Below are positions 38,849 through 50,500 of a stretch of 64,000 nt of DNA, one piece after another. Numbering within the stretch: position 1 is the first letter of the stretch; each line of letters opens with the position of its first letter. The notes below the pieces were generated by a model. The model made no database searches, was not told the DNA's origin, and saw only the letters and a list, made by a program, of their open reading frames with translations. Made by a program: the position numbers and the translations under genes. The DNA lies in NCBI GenBank assembly GCA_038245905.1, contig JBBRRY010000002.1:64001-128000 (forward strand), in the 5' to 3' direction. The stretch comes from Thermoanaerobaculia bacterium. GTDB lineage: Bacteria; Acidobacteriota; Thermoanaerobaculia; UBA5066.

Positions 38849-41145
38849 GCGAGCGGCTCGCGCCCTTCGCCCGGAACCTTCTCACCCCGGCGGCCCTCGC
38901 CACGGCTCTTCTCGTAGCCTCGGCGGCTTTCACGCACGCGGATCTCCTCTCGGGCCGGACGACTCCGGCCTACCGCGACATCGCGACGACGCAGCGGCCG
39001 GCGCGCGCTCTCGCCGCCCGCCTCGGAACGGCGCGCCTCGACCCGTTCGCCTCGTTCGGGCAGACCTACCGGGGAAACCCGAATCTCGTCCTCGCCTATC
39101 CCTTCCCCGCCAATCCTCGCTTCCTCGGCCTCCATCTGCTCCTCCACCTCGGGATCGGACTTCTCGGGACATTTCTCTTCCTCTGCACCCAGGTGAAGTC
39201 CCGGGATGCCGCGCTCGTCGGCGCCTTCGCGTTCGGCCTCTCGGGATACGTCCTCTCCTCCGCCGCGTTCCTGAACGCCACGACGACGATCGCGTGGATG
39301 CCATGGATTCTTTTCGCCGTCCAGCGCGCGCGAGCGGCGGCGTCCCGCGCCGATCTCCTTCGCGCCGGAGCGCTCGCGCTCGTCGCGTGCTGCCTTCTCG
39401 CGCTCGGAGGCGAGCCGGCTCTCGCGGCCCTCGCGATCCTCCTCGCGATCGCGCTCGCGGTCCGCGGGCCGGCCGCCGCGCGCCGCGGGGGCCTCATGGC
39501 CCTCTTCGGCGGTGGGCTCGGGGCGGCGCTCGTCGTCTCGCCGTGGCTCCTCGAAGTCGCCCGCGCCTCCGCGTTCGCGGCGCGGCGTTCGCGCGGCTTC
39601 TCGTGGAACGAGTTCGCCGCCGTCGGTTTCCATCCCCTGCGCCTCCTCGAGACGCCGTTCCCGCTCGTCTTCGGAGATCCCACCCATCTCGTGTCCGGGG
39701 CGTTCTGGGGATTCGCGGTGACGCAGGGCAATCCGCCCTATCACGCCTCGCTCTCCTTCGGCGTCGTCCCGCTCGCTCTCGCCCTCGTGTTCGCATGCTC
39801 GGCGCGCCGCAACGAAGGGCGCTTCTGGATCGGCGTCGCACTGATCGCGCTTCTCGCATCGTTTACGCCCTGGCTCCCGGGCGCGCGCGCCCTTTACGAG
39901 GCCGTGCCGGCCGTCCACGTCCTCCGTTACCCCGTCAAAGCGCTCCTCCCGTTCACACTCGCGCTCTCGGTCCTGGCGGCGCTCGGCGTCGACCGGCTTC
40001 TCGTCGAGGGTTCTCTCCCGCGTTTCCGGCGCCGCGCGGCCGGCCTTCTCTTTGCTCTCGGCGGCCTCCTGGCCGCGCTCGCAATCGCGGGCCGGCTCTT
40101 CCCGGGCCGCGTCTGGAAGATGCTTCTCTCGGGCTGGGACACCTCCTGGCTGTCGGACCCCCAAGTCGTCCTCGCCCCCATCGTGCAGCGTCTCCCGGGA
40201 CAGGCGGCTCTCGCCGCCGCGGGGCTGATCGTCCTCGCGCTCCTTCTCCTCAGAGGAATCGGCGATCCCCGCGGGGCCCTTTTCCTGTTCGGCGCGACCG
40301 CGCTTTCGCTCCTCGCCGGTGCCCCACGCACGATCCCGCGGGTCCCGTCCGCCCTCTACGACACCCCGTCGCCGCTCGTGGCCCGCGCGGCCGCGCTCGA
40401 CGGGCGCGTCTTCGAGCGCGCAGGAAAGGACTTCGACTCGGTGCGCCGCGGTCTCGCGGGACGCGTGGATGGCGACGATCTCCTCGATCTCGCCTCCGCT
40501 CAGGTGCGACAGGGCTGGGCCCTCGTGGGCGCTCCGCACGGCCTCGCCTACGCCTGGGATCCTGACCCGGACGGCAGCTACACGATCCTCACGCGCTACG
40601 CCTACGACGTTCTCCGGCAGCGAAGCTGGGAGCGGCGCGTGAAATGGTTGCGCGCGGGCGCGGTGCGCTCCGTCATCGCCTCGGACGTGCCCGCCGAGAC
40701 GCCGGGCCTCCTTCCCGTCTTCGTGGAGGCTTCCGCCGGCGTGCCCGTGACCCTCTGGCGCCTGACCGCGCCCCTGCCCGGCGTGAGGCGTCTCGGCCGT
40801 GTCGTGGCCTCCGGTTCGATCAGCGAGACCGTGACGACCTTCGAACGGGACGACTTCGAGCCGGCCACCGATGTCGTGGTCTACGGACGGGCGGCCGCCG
40901 CTCTCGCGTCGGACGAACGCGATTCCTCCGCCCAGGCCCGCGTGACGGAGGAATCCCCGGACCGCCTCGTCATCGAAACGTCCGGGGCGCGCCCTGCCGT
41001 CCTCCACGTCGACCGCAGCTTCACGGACCGCGTCGTCGCGCGCGTGAATGGCAGCCCGGTCGTTCCGCTCGTCGCCGACCTCCACCTCATCGGCGTCCCC
41101 GTCCCGGCGGGCACTTCGCGAGTCGTCGTCGACCTCGCGCCGTAA
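38845..41145 (+). CDS. YfhO-like polytopic membrane protein (putative GT-C glycosyltransferase)
   Basis: YRDIAT..., GQTYRGNPN, AFGLSGY, LRYPVK, VPVPAGTSRV; GTG start overlaps the GT2 stop. Confidence 0.68.
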   Translation: MSERLAPFARNLLTPAALATALLVASAAFTHADLLSGRTTPAYRDIATTQRPARALAARLGTARLDPFASFGQTYRGNPNLVLAYPFPANPRFLGLHLLLHLGIGLLGTFLFLCTQVKSRDAALVGAFAFGLSGYVLSSAAFLNATTTIAWMPWILFAVQRARAAASRADLLRAGALALVACCLLALGGEPALAALAILLAIALAVRGPAAARRGGLMALFGGGLGAALVVSPWLLEVARASAFAARRSRGFSWNEFAAVGFHPLRLLETPFPLVFGDPTHLVSGAFWGFAVTQGNPPYHASLSFGVVPLALALVFACSARRNEGRFWIGVALIALLASFTPWLPGARALYEAVPAVHVLRYPVKALLPFTLALSVLAALGVDRLLVEGSLPRFRRRAAGLLFALGGLLAALAIAGRLFPGRVWKMLLSGWDTSWLSDPQVVLAPIVQRLPGQAALAAAGLIVLALLLLRGIGDPRGALFLFGATALSLLAGAPRTIPRVPSALYDTPSPLVARAAALDGRVFERAGKDFDSVRRGLAGRVDGDDLLDLASAQVRQGWALVGAPHGLAYAWDPDPDGSYTILTRYAYDVLRQRSWERRVKWLRAGAVRSVIASDVPAETPGLLPVFVEASAGVPVTLWRLTAPLPGVRRLGRVVASGSISETVTTFERDDFEPATDVVVYGRAAAALASDERDSSAQARVTEESPDRLVIETSGARPAVLHVDRSFTDRVVARVNGSPVVPLVADLHLIGVPVPAGTSRVVVDLAP

Positions 41146-41152
41146 GGGGGGC

Positions 41153-41611
41153 CTACCAGCGGTGGAAGGCGGGGTGGCCCTCCTTGACGGCGACAAACGT
41201 TCCGCGGCACGTCGCCGTGACCTTTCCGCCTGCCTCGATCGTCGCCTCGACGACAGCGCGGTCGCCCGTCGATTCGACGACGCGGGCTTTCAGGAGGAAA
41301 GGCTCGGCGATGGGCGTCGGGCGCTTGAGCGTCACGTGGAAGTCCGCCGTCACGGTCGAGGGCAGCACACCGTCTCCGGCCTTCTTCATGAGGTGCCAGG
41401 CCGCCGTCCAGTTGCTGTGGCAGTCGAGGAGCGCGCCGAGGATCCCGCCGTTCACGACGCCCTCGAACGCGAGGTGGTGGGGCTCGGCCTTCCACGTCGC
41501 GACGACCTCGTCTCCTTCGACGAAACTCCGGATCTTGAGACCCTTCTCGTTCGAGGGGCCGCAGCCGAAGCACCGGGTGGCGGGGCCGTAGGTTTCCTGC
41601 AGGCTCTTCAT
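41153..41611 (-). CDS. PaaI-family hotdog thioesterase
   Basis: CFGCGPSN..GL, NGGILGALLDCH. Confidence 0.85.
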   Translation of the reverse strand: MKSLQETYGPATRCFGCGPSNEKGLKIRSFVEGDEVVATWKAEPHHLAFEGVVNGGILGALLDCHSNWTAAWHLMKKAGDGVLPSTVTADFHVTLKRPTPIAEPFLLKARVVESTGDRAVVEATIEAGGKVTATCRGTFVAVKEGHPAFHRW

Positions 41612-42543
41612 GCGGCGGATGATGCCCCAGTCGCGACGGGGGTCGCCCTTCCCGGGAGCGTCGTCCACGAGAGCGCTTTGACGGGAAGCGTCCCGGCGGA
41701 GAGCAGCGGCCTGCAAATTTCTTCGAAGGTGAGAAACGAGACTCCGTCGTTCCTCCACGCGGAGAGCAGCGAGGCGAACGGCGCGGAAAAGGAGGCCGCG
41801 CCCTCGATCTCCGTGTGGATCGAATGGACATTCAGTCCCTTCTTCACATTCACTCGAAGAAATTCGCAGGCCTTTTCCGCCTGAGTCCCGGCGCCACGAA
41901 GCGGGAGGGCGAGCAGCTCGTCCAGCGTCGGCAGCGTCGTCGGGATCTCGAGCACCTTGCTCGGCGTCCCGTCGGCGCGCATCGCGAAGAACGGGCCGCC
42001 GCCGCGTGTGTCCGACGTGGCCAAGACCCCGTGCGCCTCCTGGACTTCGACGGAGAGGGGCGTCGCCGTCCAGCCGGGCGCGGCCTGCAGCGTCGCGGGC
42101 TTGCCGAAGATCTCCCGAAAGCGGGTGTGCTCCTTCGCGACGACCGTCTCGATCTCCCCGCGCGTCATCTTCGGGAGGTTGTCGTGCCAGTCGATGTGGT
42201 CCCAGGCGTGGATGCCTACCGAGTGCCCCGCGGCTGCCACCTCGCGCATTCGCGCCACGGTCTCGGGGCGGCCACCGATATCGGGCGCGGGGAGGAGCGT
42301 CCCGTAGAGCATCGTTCGTAGCCCGTACGATGCGGCAGGATTCGCGGCGAGAACTTTCTTCACGAAGCCCTTCCGGAAGATCCGCTTGATCGCCTTGCCG
42401 CTCGTGTCGGGGCCCAGCGAGAAGAAGAACGTCGCCTTCACGCCCTCCTTCGCGAAAAGGTCGACGAGGCGCGGCACGCCCTCGAGCGTCCCGCGGTACG
42501 TGTCGACGTCAACCTTGAGAGCGACTCTCGCGGAGCTGCTCAA
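41608..42543 (-). CDS. arnD: ArnD-like deformylase (polysaccharide deacetylase family)
   Basis: [45 protein letters not shown]; arn context. Confidence 0.85.
   Translation of the reverse strand: MSSSARVALKVDVDTYRGTLEGVPRLVDLFAKEGVKATFFFSLGPDTSGKAIKRIFRKGFVKKVLAANPAASYGLRTMLYGTLLPAPDIGGRPETVARMREVAAAGHSVGIHAWDHIDWHDNLPKMTRGEIETVVAKEHTRFREIFGKPATLQAAPGWTATPLSVEVQEAHGVLATSDTRGGGPFFAMRADGTPSKVLEIPTTLPTLDELLALPLRGAGTQAEKACEFLRVNVKKGLNVHSIHTEIEGAASFSAPFASLLSAWRNDGVSFLTFEEICRPLLSAGTLPVKALSWTTLPGRATPVATGASSAA
41715..41865. repeat. Intragenic AT-rich inverted motif pair, copy D
   Basis: AAATTTCTTCGAAGGTGAGAA (41715-41735) and CACTCGAAGAAATTC (41851-41865). Confidence 0.45.
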
Positions 42544-43571
42544 ACTTCGGGGGGCTTGCGGCCCTTGAGGTAGAAGTCCAGCGTCTTTCCGAGGCCGGTC
42601 GGGAAGTCCGTCTTCGGCGTCCAGCCGAGGAGCTTCTTCGCCTTCGCGACCGACGGGACGCGCGTCGTGATGTCCTGGTAACCCTCGCCGTAGTACTGCG
42701 CCGACGTGACCTTCACGATCCGGGTCTTCTTCGCGGCGGCCGCGAACTTCGGATACGTCGCGACCGCGTCGATGAGCGTGTGGGCGAGCGTCTCGATCGA
42801 AAGGTCGGCAGAGGGATTTCCGAGATTGAAGATCTGGCTGTCAGCCTTTCGCTTCGGATTCTCGAGGATCGTCATGAGGCCATCGATGCCGTCCTCGATG
42901 TAGGTGAAGCAGCGGCGCTGCGCGCCGCCGTCCACGAGCTTGATGGGCACGCCGTAGAGGATGTTGTGGAGGAACTGCGTGAGGACGCGGCTGGAACCTT
43001 CCTTCGGCGCGTCCACGTTGTCGAGATTCGGCCCGTACCAGTTGAACGGCCGGAAGAGCGTGTACTGGAGGCCCTGCGCGGCACCCAGCGCCGCGATCAC
43101 CCGGTCGAGAAGCTGCTTGGAGGCGGAGTAGATCCAGCGCGGCTTCGCGATGGGGCCGTATACGAGCGGCGACCGGTCCTCGTCGAACTCCTTGTCGGGG
43201 CACATCCCGTAGACCTCGGAGGTGGACGGGAAGACGACACGCTTGCCGTACTTGGCGGCCATCTTGACGATGCGAAGGTTCTCCTCGAAGTCCAGCTCGA
43301 AGACGGAGAGCGGGTTCTTCACGTAGGTCGCCGGAGTCGCGATCGCCACGAGCGGCAGCACGACGTCGCACTTCTTGACGTGGTACTCGATCCACTCCCG
43401 GTTGATCGAGATGTCGCCCTCGAGAAACCGGAAGCGTTTCTCCGACAGGAACTCCTCGATGCGGTCGCTGCCGACGTCGAGGCCGAAGACCTCCCAGTCG
43501 GTGCCCGTGAGGATCCGGCGTGTGAGGGCGTTTCCGATGAAGCCGTTGACGCCGAGGATCAGGACTCTCAT
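42540..43571 (-). CDS. arnA: UDP-glucuronic acid decarboxylase (ArnA C-terminal domain as a stand-alone gene)
   Basis: [57 protein letters not shown]. Confidence 0.92.
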   Translation of the reverse strand: MRVLILGVNGFIGNALTRRILTGTDWEVFGLDVGSDRIEEFLSEKRFRFLEGDISINREWIEYHVKKCDVVLPLVAIATPATYVKNPLSVFELDFEENLRIVKMAAKYGKRVVFPSTSEVYGMCPDKEFDEDRSPLVYGPIAKPRWIYSASKQLLDRVIAALGAAQGLQYTLFRPFNWYGPNLDNVDAPKEGSSRVLTQFLHNILYGVPIKLVDGGAQRRCFTYIEDGIDGLMTILENPKRKADSQIFNLGNPSADLSIETLAHTLIDAVATYPKFAAAAKKTRIVKVTSAQYYGEGYQDITTRVPSVAKAKKLLGWTPKTDFPTGLGKTLDFYLKGRKPPEV

Positions 43572-44524
43572 GTGTCTTCCTTTACGCGCGGAAAGATGCC
43601 CGACGGGCGGACGAGCCAGTCGCGGAAGGCCGCGGCGTCGAGATCCTTGCCGCCTTCGGGGCGCGCCGCCAGGATCTCGATCGTATGGTCGTCGCCCGCG
43701 AAGACGATCACGGAGCGCTCCGTCAGCTCGACCTTTCCCGGGAACACGTCGTGCCCGCCGTGGGGCGACAGCCGGGTCTTCCAGACCGTGACCTTCTTTC
43801 CGAAGACGTCCGTGAAGGCCCCCGGCCAGGGTTTCGAAACGGCGCGCACGAGGTCGTGGACCTCCTTCGCGGACTGAGACCAGTCGATCGCGCCGTCCTC
43901 GAGCTTGCGGCCGCCGAAATACGAGCCCTTCGAGAGATCGAGCGGGATGCGCGGCGCGTCGCCCGCCTTGAGCCGCGGAAGGGCCCGTGCGAGCACGACG
44001 GCCGCCGCATCCGACACGCGGCGCGAAACGGCCAGCGCATCGTCCGCCGGACTGATCGGGACCCGTTCCTGGTCCACGAGGTCGCCGGCGTCGGGCTTCT
44101 CGGTCATGTAGTGCAGCGACGCGCCCGTCTCCGTCGCGCCCTTCAGGATCGCCCAGTTCACGGGCGAGCGGCCCCGGAAGAGGGGCAGGAGCGAGCCGTG
44201 CATGTTCAGGGCTCCGCGGCGCGCGAGCGACAGGATGCGTCCCGGAATCATCTTCCTGAAGTAGAACGAGAAGAGGAAATCGGGCTGGACGGCGCGAATG
44301 CGCTCTTCGTCGGCCGGGTCGCCGAGGTCGGCGACGCGCCGCGGCTCGATGCCGTGCTCACGCGCAAGCTCGGCCACGGAATCGAACCAGCGCTCTTCGC
44401 CTTCGACGTCGTCGTGCGTGTAGACGAGGCGCACGCTCTCGCCGGCGTCGAAAAGCGTCTTCAGGCACTTGTAGCCGACGTCGGAGTAGGCGCAAACGAC
44501 GATTCCGCCCATCAGGTCCCCCAC
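43568..44524 (-). CDS. arnA: UDP-Ara4N formyltransferase (ArnA N-terminal domain as a stand-alone gene)
   Basis: [39 protein letters not shown]. Confidence 0.88.
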   Translation of the reverse strand: MGDLMGGIVVCAYSDVGYKCLKTLFDAGESVRLVYTHDDVEGEERWFDSVAELAREHGIEPRRVADLGDPADEERIRAVQPDFLFSFYFRKMIPGRILSLARRGALNMHGSLLPLFRGRSPVNWAILKGATETGASLHYMTEKPDAGDLVDQERVPISPADDALAVSRRVSDAAAVVLARALPRLKAGDAPRIPLDLSKGSYFGGRKLEDGAIDWSQSAKEVHDLVRAVSKPWPGAFTDVFGKKVTVWKTRLSPHGGHDVFPGKVELTERSVIVFAGDDHTIEILAARPEGGKDLDAAAFRDWLVRPSGIFPRVKEDT

Positions 44525-45468
44525 ACTTTCCGGATGAGAAAGCGCGGCCGGCCGCGCACTTGCTGGTAAATCCGGCCGACGTATTCGCCGACGATGCCGA
44601 TTCCGGCCATGAGGACGCCCATGACGACGAAAGCCAGCGCGAAGAGCGTGAAGACGCCGTCCACCTCGACGCCGACGACGAGCCGGCGCGCGAGGAGGAA
44701 GACGCCGAAACCGACGCCAGAAAGGGCCGTCACGAAGCCGAAGAGGGAGAACATCTGCAGGGGGACCACGGAAAAACCGGTCATGAGGTCGAAGTTGAGC
44801 CGCACGAGCTTGTAGAGAGAATACTTCGACTCCCCCGCCGTGCGTTCGGCGTGCGCCACCGGGATCTCGACCGGTTTGCGGGCGTATTGCTGGGCGAGCG
44901 CCGGGATGAACGTGGCCGCTTCGTCCGAGGCAGACATGACGTCCACGACGTCGCGGTGATAGCCACGGAGCATGCAGCCGTAGTCGTTCAGCTTCATCCC
45001 CGTGATGACCGCTGTCGTGCGGTTCACGAGACGCGACGCGGCGCGCCGGAAGAACGTGTCCTGCCGGTTCTCGCGGATCGTGCCGACCACGTCGTGTCCG
45101 GCGTCCATTGCCGCGACGACCTTCGGGATCTCCTCCGGCGGATTCTGGAGGTCCGCGTCGAGCGTGATGACGTACTCGCCGTCCGTCGCCGTGAAGCCCG
45201 CGAGAATCGCCATGTGCTGCCCGGCGTTGCGCACCAGCTCGACGACCTTCACGATGCCTGGATTGTCCCGCGCGGCCGCCTTGAGAATCTCGAGCGAGCC
45301 GTCGCGCGAGCCGTCGTCCGCGAAGACGACCTCGTATGGCCGCGAGAGGCCGGCGAGAACGGGCAGGAGGCGCGGGAGAAGAAGCGGGAGGTTCGCCTCC
45401 TCGTTGAAGACAGGCACGACGACGGAAACCTTGCGGAGCACGCTCGGCGGAAAGGTCGGGACGCTCAT
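44512..45468 (-). CDS. arnC: Undecaprenyl-phosphate Ara4FN transferase
   Basis: VPVFNEE, RNAGQHMAI, LDADLQNPPEEIP, DYGCMLRGY, FIPALA, EYVGRIY. Confidence 0.9.
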   Translation of the reverse strand: MSVPTFPPSVLRKVSVVVPVFNEEANLPLLLPRLLPVLAGLSRPYEVVFADDGSRDGSLEILKAAARDNPGIVKVVELVRNAGQHMAILAGFTATDGEYVITLDADLQNPPEEIPKVVAAMDAGHDVVGTIRENRQDTFFRRAASRLVNRTTAVITGMKLNDYGCMLRGYHRDVVDVMSASDEAATFIPALAQQYARKPVEIPVAHAERTAGESKYSLYKLVRLNFDLMTGFSVVPLQMFSLFGFVTALSGVGFGVFLLARRLVVGVEVDGVFTLFALAFVVMGVLMAGIGIVGEYVGRIYQQVRGRPRFLIRKVWGT

Positions 45469-47447
45469 TGCAGCGGCTGCCCCTTCTGGAGGAGCGTGAG
45501 CCCCTCCTTCACGACCGGTTGGTTCGGGTTGACGGCGAGCGACCTCCTGAAGGCGTCCTCAGCCCGAGTCCTGTCCCCGAGACACCAGCTCGTCAGAGCG
45601 AGAAGATTCAGATTCTCCGCGTTCACGGGTGTCCTTCCCGCGAGCTCCACGAAAATCGGCTGCGCCGACGCGCAGTCCTGATCCTCGAAGAGCGCCTTTC
45701 CGAGCGAGGCGCGATAGTGGTCGTCGACTGGATACGCCGCGACGACCTTGCGCATGAAGGACACGAGCCGCCGGCGCCGCTCCCGGCTCTTCGGGGCCTC
45801 CGAATAAAGAGTCACACGGCGGTAGACGGTCCCCTCGGGATACGAGTAGCCGTTCTGGAGCGCGTTCACGAGCGCATCGTCAGACTCGTCGTATTGGCCG
45901 GTTTGCTGCAGCGCCGTCGAGAGATTCACCCAGGCGGTCGCGGACTTCGGATTCACGTCGAGCGCCTTGCGATACCACGCCGCCGCCTCAGCGGACTTTC
46001 CGCGGGCGCGCAGAAACGTCCCGACGTTCTGAAACGACCCGGCCGTCTGCGTCCCCGCGCGGTCGGCTGGCCGCGCATCCACGGCCGCTGCCTCGGCGCC
46101 CGTGAGATAGCCGAGCGCGATGAGCTGCTTCGTGAACTCGTCGGCGGATTTCCTGTCGGCGTCCGCGTTCGCCGCGACGACGAGGCGTTCGACCTTCGCC
46201 GCACGCGCCCAGGCCACCGGCTTTGCGGCTGGGCGAAGTGAGAATCCCGCGATCGGCTTCCCCTCGAAGGCCGGGTCCACGGGCAGGCCGAGGATCCGGC
46301 AGAGCGTGGGCGTGAGGTCGAAGACGCTCGCCCGCCCGCGCACGCCGGCGTGCGCCACCGCGGGGCCCGCCGCGACGAGGATGCCCGGCTGCTCGTGCCA
46401 CAGGAAAGCGGTGTCGAAAGTCGTTCCGGACGAGAAAGCCGGGCGGTCGGACCCTTGTTTGAATCCGTGGTCCGAAGCGAGGATCAGCGTCGCGCCGTCC
46501 CTCTCGGCGCGGCGCGCAATCTCTCCGAGGATGCGATCGGCCTCGACGTAGAGCGCCACAACACCGTCCTTGTATTTGTCGAAGTCTTCCTCGGAGACGG
46601 CCGCCAGCTTCGGCGTGGCATAGCGACCGAGGACGTGGCCGATCTCGTCGGTGCCCTGGAAATAGACCATCAGGAGCTCTGGAGCTCCGCGGTCATACAG
46701 CTCGACGGTGATCTTCCCGATGACGCGCGTCACGCCGAGGATCTTCCGGAAGCCGGTGATCGGATTCGAAAGATCTTTCTTCTCCGCGACGGCCGCGTCG
46801 AACTCCGCGCGCGAAACGCGTAGCGCCTGCGCGATGTCCTCGTATGCCGGCCTGCCCTCGCGCCGCCCGATGAGCCGCACGCCGTCCGCGAGACCCTCGG
46901 GCCACGTGAGCGCGGGCGACTTCGAGAGCGCCTCGGGGTCGAAGAGTACGGGCGCCGCGCGATCCGAGACGAGAAAGCCGTTCACCTTCTCCGCCGGCCA
47001 CGTCGCCCACCAGCCCACGACCCCCACGGTCGTACCTTTCGCCGACGCGAGGTTCCAGATCGCGGGCACCGCGCGTGAACGGCCGGAGATGGGCAGCCGC
47101 GCGCGCGTTTTCGGGTCCAGCTCCTGAAAGTCCGTCACGCCGTGGTCCACGGGCGTGCGGCCCGTCGCGATCGTCGTCCAGATGAGCGGCGACGCCATCG
47201 GCTGATACGTTTCGAGGTTCCAGGTCCGCCCGCGCGCGATGACTCCGGCGAGGTTCGGGAGGCGCCCTTCCTTCAGGAGCGGGTCGAGCAGCTTCCAGTC
47301 CGCCCCGTCCCAGCCCACGAGGACGACGCGCGGCCTGGATGGCGCCGGGGGCCGAGGACTTATCCCGGATACGGGCAGCGCCGCGGCGAGAAGCGCCACC
47401 GCGACGGAAACGATGAGCGCCCGCGGCTGAGGGGAAAGATGAACCAC
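45465..47447 (-). CDS. Exported alkaline-phosphatase-superfamily (NPP-like) protein with C-terminal TPRs, copy 1
   Basis: GWDGADW, SPLIWTTIATG, GTDEIGH, SDHGF, LIALGYL, then TPR repeats; stop overlaps the arnC start. Confidence 0.82.
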   Translation of the reverse strand: MVHLSPQPRALIVSVAVALLAAALPVSGISPRPPAPSRPRVVLVGWDGADWKLLDPLLKEGRLPNLAGVIARGRTWNLETYQPMASPLIWTTIATGRTPVDHGVTDFQELDPKTRARLPISGRSRAVPAIWNLASAKGTTVGVVGWWATWPAEKVNGFLVSDRAAPVLFDPEALSKSPALTWPEGLADGVRLIGRREGRPAYEDIAQALRVSRAEFDAAVAEKKDLSNPITGFRKILGVTRVIGKITVELYDRGAPELLMVYFQGTDEIGHVLGRYATPKLAAVSEEDFDKYKDGVVALYVEADRILGEIARRAERDGATLILASDHGFKQGSDRPAFSSGTTFDTAFLWHEQPGILVAAGPAVAHAGVRGRASVFDLTPTLCRILGLPVDPAFEGKPIAGFSLRPAAKPVAWARAAKVERLVVAANADADRKSADEFTKQLIALGYLTGAEAAAVDARPADRAGTQTAGSFQNVGTFLRARGKSAEAAAWYRKALDVNPKSATAWVNLSTALQQTGQYDESDDALVNALQNGYSYPEGTVYRRVTLYSEAPKSRERRRRLVSFMRKVVAAYPVDDHYRASLGKALFEDQDCASAQPIFVELAGRTPVNAENLNLLALTSWCLGDRTRAEDAFRRSLAVNPNQPVVKEGLTLLQKGQPLQ

Positions 47448-47467
47448 CGGAGGGATTCTACTGGCCC

Positions 47468-47498
47468 AAAGAAAATGGGCCCCGGTTACCCGGGGCCC
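47468..47498 (-). terminator. Rho-independent terminator after TonB receptor 1
   Basis: GGGCCCCGG-4 nt-CCGGGGCCC hairpin followed by ATTTTCTTT on the minus strand. Confidence 0.8.
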
Positions 47499-47520
47499 GA
47501 AGGATTGGATCGAAACCGGT

Positions 47521-50500
47521 CTAGAAGGAAACGCGCGCGCCCACGCGGAAGACGCGGGGAGTCTGCCAGGCGATGTCCTTCCCGAAGTTCGGGTTCGTGG
47601 CGCAGGCGTTCGTGAAACCCTGCGCGGCCACGGCCGCCGTGCAGTTCGGGTTGCTCGCGGTCCCGACCTGGTGGGCCGGAGCGTTGCTGTCGATCGTGCC
47701 GTCGTTGTTGAAGAGCTCCTCGCGGCTGATGACGCCCTGCCGGTTCAGGATGTTGAAAACGTCCACGATCGGGGTGATCGAGACCTGTCCGACCCGGATG
47801 CCGTACTCGAGGTGCAGGTCGGCCTCATAGACCGCAGGCAGAGTGCCCGCGGAGCCGCGCGGCACGAGATAACCCTCCTGGCTGTAGCCGCCGCCGCACG
47901 CGATCTGATCCGGCGTGCAGCCTCGAATGGAATAGGGACGTCCCGAGGTGTAAGACGCGTTCATACCGGCCGTCAGGCCGAACGGGAAGGCGTAGTAGCC
48001 CGAGAGCTTTGCCTGGTGCGTCCGGTCGTTCCGGAGGTTGCCGTAAGCGTTGATCACGAGGCCCGGGTAGTCGAAGTCGGCGTTGATGTTCGGGTCGGTC
48101 TGACCGCCCTCTCGGGTTTGCGAGAGGTTGCCCGAGTAGTTCCCCTCGAGCTTCGAGTAGAGGTAGGACGCGAGCAGGTAGAAACGGTCCGAGAAGCGGT
48201 GGTTCACCGTGAACTCGATGCCCCGGAAGTAGCGGCGCGCCTGCGTGGACGCGCACGGCAGCCCGGCCACAAGATTGCCGTCTGCGTCGGCGTCCCCGTT
48301 CGGGTAGCAGTTCTTGTCGGTGGGATCCTTGATCGTGCCGAGGGAGTTTCCCTGGCCCGGGTTGATGAGCGCGCACGTCGCCGAGCTGCCGGGCGTGAAG
48401 TACTGCGCGATGTCGGGGTTGATCGCGACGTCGCAGCGGTCTTCCACGACCCCGCCGAGCGCCTTGTAGATGCCCTTGACGCCGATCGCCCAGTTCTTTG
48501 CGACCTCGTACTCGAAGCCCGCGATGAGCTCGTCCTGGTACATCCCCTTGAGGTTGTCCTGGACGAGCTCGCCCCCTTGCACATAGGCGAACGGGAAAAC
48601 CGTGTTGATCGGGTCGACCGAGTTCTGGCTGCTGTTGCGGACGAACATGATGTACTCGTTGCCGAGCGCGCGGGTCTGGATATCCTGGGGAACGATCTCG
48701 TAGAACCGCCCGTAGCTGCCGTAGACCTTCGACTTCCCGTTGTTCAGGAGGTCCCAGACGATGCCGATGCGCGGCGCCCATTCGTTCTGGATCTTGACGA
48801 GAGCGGTCCCCGTGTAGTCCTTCAGCGACTGTTGCTCGTACCGGAGGCCCGCGTTGATCGTGAGGTTCTTGAGAACCTTAAAGGAGTCCTGGGCGAAGAG
48901 GGCGACGTTGTCAGTCGTGGGGGTGTTGTCGACCGAGTGCGCGACCCTGTATCCGTTGCAGTTGTCGATGGCCCAGGGCTTCGCGGGGTTTATGAGCGAG
49001 GTGCAGTTCTGTTCGATGGGGGTCACCGCGAAGTAGCGGTGCTGGACGTTCCGGACGGTGGTCCCGGCCGCGTTCAGCCGAAGCGTCAGGCGGTCGTTGC
49101 CGCCGTACGTCTCGCTGAAGTCGGAGTTCAGGTGCTCCCAGTCGATGCCGCCCTTGATCTCATGGGTCCCCATGAAGAAGGTGCCGGAGGCCTTGTAGAC
49201 GTTGCGGTGATAGAGCTCGTCCCGGAGGATGACGGGTCCCGACCCGGGGAGCGCTTCCGTCGTGTATCCGGCCTGGCTCTGCTCCCGGTATAGAGAGCTC
49301 GAGAACGGCGAGGTCTCGCCGGCTTTGTCCTGGTGAAACCCGAACTGCGCCTGCACGAGGAAGTTCGTGCCGAAGATTCCGTCGTATTTCGCCGAGAAGT
49401 CCGCGCCGCCGACCTTGCGGTCGATCCGGTTCGAGGTCTCCGAGCCGACGGCCGTGTTCGACGCGCGCCCCTCGAACGTGCCCGGATCGCCAAAGACCGA
49501 GGCCGCGAGCGTGTTCGACTCGCCGAGGCGGAACGTGAGCTTGCCGGAGTAGAGGTCGTTTCGGACGTTGTCCGTTCCCGTCGTGAAGACCGCTTGTCTC
49601 AGTGCCGGGATAGAGTTTCGAGTCGTGGCGAGGCCGCGCTCGTAGGGCTGGTCCTGCGAGACCCGGTCGTACGCACCGAAGAACCAGAGCCGGTCCTTGA
49701 CGAAGAACCCGCCGAGGTCCGCGCCGGCGTCGATGCGCTTTGGCACGGAGTACGCGCCCTGAAGGACCGTGTGGCGATCCTCGGTCTTGCCGTCGCCGGC
49801 GGCCAGGGAGTCGTTGTCGTAGTACCCGAAGACGTCTCCCTTGAACTCGTTGCCCCCCGATTTCGTGATCACGTTGATCGTCCCGCCGAGGACGCGGCCA
49901 TATTCGGCCTCGTAGCCCCCCGTCCTCACTTCGACTTCCTGCACGAACTCGTTGTTCAGCGTCTTGGCCTGGGTGCCGATCTTGACGCCGGTCGTGTTCA
50001 CGCCGTCGATGATGTAGGAATTCTCGAGGCCCGTCGCGCCGTAGACCGTGACGTTGCCGGAGACGTCCGTTCCCGTTCCCGCGACGGTGTTCGCGATCGA
50101 GGCGAAATTCCGCCCGAGCGGCAGCCGCTGGATCGACTCGAGAGTGGCGTTCGTTCCGACCGAGGTCTTCGTCGTGTCGACGACCGGCGCCTCACCCGTG
50201 ACGACGATCTCTTCCTTGACCGAGACCGACATCGAGATGGGGATCGTTGCCGTCGCGCCTAGCTGAACGCGGATGTTCGATTTCTCCACCTTCCCGAATC
50301 CGGACAGCGATGCGACGACGGTGTAGACGCCGGGAGGGAGCGCCGGGAAACGGAAACGTCCCGCCGCGTCCGAGACTTTCGTGCGCGCGCCCTGAAGACT
50401 CGGTGACTTCGCCTCGAGCGACGCGCCGGGAAGCGGCGAGCCGTTCGTGTCGGTGACCGTGCCTTCGATGTCACCGACGGTCTGGGAATAGGCCACGTTC

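Noticed and set aside
42540-44524. arnA broken by a frameshift
   Set aside because: Both halves are complete domains with their own starts and an ATGA overlap; split arnA is a known arrangement.
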